The notes below the pieces were generated by a model. The model was not told the origin of the DNA and ran no database searches. It saw only the letters and a program-made list of their open reading frames with translations. From Phycisphaerales bacterium (lineage in GTDB: Bacteria; Planctomycetota; Phycisphaerae; Phycisphaerales; UBA1924): a stretch of 44,834 nucleotides of DNA. The translations under genes were made by a program, and so were the position numbers. The stretch is from assembly GCA_035628055.1 (NCBI GenBank), contig DASPKO010000156.1:1-44834 (forward strand), written 5' to 3'. Every line of letters starts with the position of its first letter. The stretch's first letter is position 1. This document shows positions 42,682-44,834 of the stretch, in pieces.

Positions 42682-44429
42682 ACCCCGGCGGGCGCGGTGG
42701 GTGGCGTCCGGCGGATCGCCCGGCCCGCCTCGAGCACGAAGAGCAGGGCGAGCAGCAGCAGGGCGATCGCCACGGCGCCGTTGACCAGGGCGGGCCCGGA
42801 GCCCGCGCCCCCGCGGAGCGCCGCGCGCACGCCCGAGGCGATCTGGAGGGCCAGCGCGCTGAGGGTGATGACCATGACGAAGACGGTCGGGGCGAGCGTG
42901 TACCAGAAGCGCCGCCCGGTCCGGGCGAGCCAGACCGTGACGCCCAGGAGCGTGAGCGCCGCCAGGAGCTGGTTGGAGGTTCCAAAGAGCGTCCAGAAGG
43001 AGCGCCAGGCCGCGCCCGGGCGCGCCGGGTCGTGCACGCCGAGCAGGATCGCCAGCGGGAGGCCGGCGGTGAGCGCCGACGCGAGCACGCCCGCGAGCCG
43101 GGCGCGCGTGCCGAGCAGCTCCTGGATGAGATAGCGGCCCAGACGCGTCGAGACGTCGAGCGTGTCGAAGACGAAGGTGGCCACCGCCATGGTCCCGAAG
43201 GTCGTGGCGAAGAGCAGGTAGCGGTCGCCCAGCAGGGTGGTGAGGAACCGGGCCAGACCCTGCCCGTAGACGACGTTGGGCGGCGTTCCCGCCGGGATGT
43301 CGGCGGCGATCATCGCGGTGGCGAGCGCGATCACCGCGACGAGGCCCTCGGCGAGCATCGCGCCATAGCCGATGGGCCGGCAGTGCGACTCCTTGGCGAT
43401 CTGCTTCGAGGTGGTCCCGCCGCAGACCAGCCCGTGGAATCCCGAGCAGGCGCCGCAGGCGATGGTCACGAAGAGGAACGGAAAGATCATCGCCTCGGGC
43501 GGCGTCTCGCCGCGGAGCCCGCTCCCGAGCGCCTGGAGCCACCCGCCGGCGGGCGAACGGACCGCGTGCTGCGCGATCTCGAAATCGCCCCCCAGACCTC
43601 CCACGAGCAGTCCGGCCAGGGCGACCGCGATGGCGAGATACAGCACGAAGCCGCCAAGATAGCCGCGCGGCTGCTGCAGCAGCCACACCGGCAGGAGCGA
43701 GGCGACGAAGCAGTACGCCAGGATGGCGATGTACCAGGTGGCGGGGCCGAAGACCAGTACCGTGCTCACCTGTGTGCCCAGCCAGATGGCCCCCAGCGTC
43801 GCCGGGACGAACACGAGCGTGCTGATCCACATCGGGGGGCGGGCCAGGCGCTGGACCAGGCCCATCGCCATCGCCAGCAGCAGGTACATGGTGCTGGCGG
43901 CGGCAACGGCGCCGCCGAGGTTGAAGGCGCCGCCGCCCTGGGCAAGATCCTCGGTGACGCCGCGGAAGGTCTGCGCGGTGACGTCGGCGAAGGCGATGAT
44001 CACGTACAGAAGGGCGAGCCAGATGAAGGCGGCCAGGGCCAGGTAGGCGCGCCGGCCGAGGTGGGCCCGGGCCACCTCGGCGATGGAGTGCGCCCCGTGC
44101 CGGAGCGAGGCGACCAGGGCCGAGAGGTCGTGGACCGCGCCGATGAAGATGACCCCAAAGACGATCCACAGCACGCAGGGGAGCCATCCGAAGGCCATGC
44201 AGGCCGCGATCGGCCCGACGATCGGCCCCGCGGCGGCGATCGCGGAGAAGTGCTGCCCGAAGAGGTAGAAGGGCGGCGTGGGCACGAAGTCGATGCCGTC
44301 GCGCCGCGCCACCGCGGGGGTGATCGCGGCGTCGTCGAGGCGGTACTGGCCCGCGACGAAGCGGCCATAGAGGCGATACCCCAGCGCGAGGGCGACCGCC
44401 ACGCCGGTGACCAGGGCGAGCAGGCTCAT
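42678..44429 (-). CDS. cstA: Carbon starvation protein A family transporter
   Basis: 583-aa polytopic membrane protein. YLFGQHFSAIAAAGPIVGPI, WLPCVLWIVFGVIFIGAVHD and CGACSGFHGLV blocks are typical of CstA. Confidence 0.9.
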   Translation of the reverse strand: MSLLALVTGVAVALALGYRLYGRFVAGQYRLDDAAITPAVARRDGIDFVPTPPFYLFGQHFSAIAAAGPIVGPIAACMAFGWLPCVLWIVFGVIFIGAVHDLSALVASLRHGAHSIAEVARAHLGRRAYLALAAFIWLALLYVIIAFADVTAQTFRGVTEDLAQGGGAFNLGGAVAAASTMYLLLAMAMGLVQRLARPPMWISTLVFVPATLGAIWLGTQVSTVLVFGPATWYIAILAYCFVASLLPVWLLQQPRGYLGGFVLYLAIAVALAGLLVGGLGGDFEIAQHAVRSPAGGWLQALGSGLRGETPPEAMIFPFLFVTIACGACSGFHGLVCGGTTSKQIAKESHCRPIGYGAMLAEGLVAVIALATAMIAADIPAGTPPNVVYGQGLARFLTTLLGDRYLLFATTFGTMAVATFVFDTLDVSTRLGRYLIQELLGTRARLAGVLASALTAGLPLAILLGVHDPARPGAAWRSFWTLFGTSNQLLAALTLLGVTVWLARTGRRFWYTLAPTVFVMVITLSALALQIASGVRAALRGGAGSGPALVNGAVAIALLLLALLFVLEAGRAIRRTPPTAPAGV

Positions 44430-44464
44430 GCCGGGCCTGATCCTACCAGCAACGCCACGGCGCC

Positions 44465-44502
44465 AAAAACAACGGCGCCCGCTCGGGTAGCGAGCGGGCG
44501 CC
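44465..44502 (-). terminator. Rho-independent terminator downstream of the dockerin-like gene
   Basis: Perfect 12-bp stem GGCGCCCGCTCG (44474-44485) / CGAGCGGGCGCC (44491-44502) with a 5-nt loop. On the minus strand it is followed by GTTGTTTTT (complement of 44465-44473). Confidence 0.75.
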
Positions 44503-44557
44503 GTGTGAACTCAGTCGTCGCGCGGGCCGGAAGTAGGCGGCCCGGCCGCGGGCGGGC

Positions 44558-44834
44558 TTACGGGCAGTTCCGGAAGGCCGGCTGACCGTTGAGGGCGTTG
44601 AACCAGATGCTCAGGAAGGTCGAGACGTCGTTGGTCCCGATGCTGCCCGAGCAGTTGATGTCCGCCTTGAGCTGCCCGGTCTGGATGTCGTTGAACCAGG
44701 AGCTGAGGAACGCGGAGATGTCGCTGGTGCCGACCGCGGCGTCACGGTTGAAGTTGGCCTGGCACTCGCAGGCGTCGATGATCCCGTTGGGCCCGCCGAC
44801 CTGGAAGAACCCGTTCATGAGCGGGGCCGTCCGG
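44558..44834 (-). CDS. C-terminal dockerin-like (EF-hand-type repeat) domain of a larger secreted protein; 5' end outside the window
   Basis: Two repeats, NRDAAVGTSDISAFLSSWF and DINCSGSIGTNDVSTFLSIWF, and a C-terminus ...FRNCP. The frame stays open upstream of the listed ATG 44818 to the window edge. This resembles the GC-type dockerin-like anchors of Planctomycetota, recalled from memory and not verified. Confidence 0.55.
   Translation of the reverse strand, partial: RTAPLMNGFFQVGGPNGIIDACECQANFNRDAAVGTSDISAFLSSWFNDIQTGQLKADINCSGSIGTNDVSTFLSIWFNALNGQPAFRNCP

Noticed and set aside
41398-44187. Upstream 930 codons of the 1623-aa minus-strand ORF (39316..44187)
   Set aside because: It is antisense to gpsA and out of frame with cstA, and the translation is Arg/Pro/Gly/His-rich. 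The P-type ATPase begins at ATG 41397, which has an RBS.

Overview
Very GC-rich chromosomal segment (roughly 70% GC by eye, with a strong G/C preference at codon position 3). I count about 36 protein genes, one tRNA and four convincing intrinsic terminators. I found no rRNA, CRISPR array, transposase, integrase or prophage signature. Housekeeping genes are interleaved with envelope and signalling modules. The housekeeping set is a class II DAHP synthase fragment, gnd, tRNA-His, ispF, pyrR, gyrB, gpsA and cstA. The modules are: (i) a minus-strand glycosylation cluster of two tandem GT-C paralogs, a membrane-anchored GT2 and a NarL-type response regulator (5526-10687); (ii) a seven-gene ABC-type tripartite efflux operon that opens with a Cys-rich small protein and carries an extra Cys-containing lipoprotein (10832-18180); (iii) a GAF-SpoIIE phosphatase followed by a P-loop NTPase with a transmembrane hairpin inside the NTPase core (23515-26517); (iv) a PilZ / pseudo-receiver / HD-GYP / PilZ c-di-GMP module present once as two ORFs and once as a single fused ORF (32718-37466); (v) an atypical P1B-type metal ATPase (39316-41397). 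Lineage hints point to a Planctomycetota (Phycisphaerae-like) genome: a PEP-CTERM tail, a dockerin-like C-terminus ending in NCP, many lipoproteins, and long Pro-rich linkers. That placement is inference only. Many of the longest ORFs in the supplied track are antisense or out-of-frame artefacts of the high GC content. Several true genes start well inside the listed ORFs, and one small gene (entericidin-like, 23070-23234) is missing from the track. My best candidates for an undescribed system are the split/fused PilZ-HD-GYP module and the SpoIIE plus membrane-inserted NTPase pair, followed by the thiol-rich accessory proteins of the efflux operon. All family assignments come from motif recognition by eye and need HMM or BLAST confirmation.
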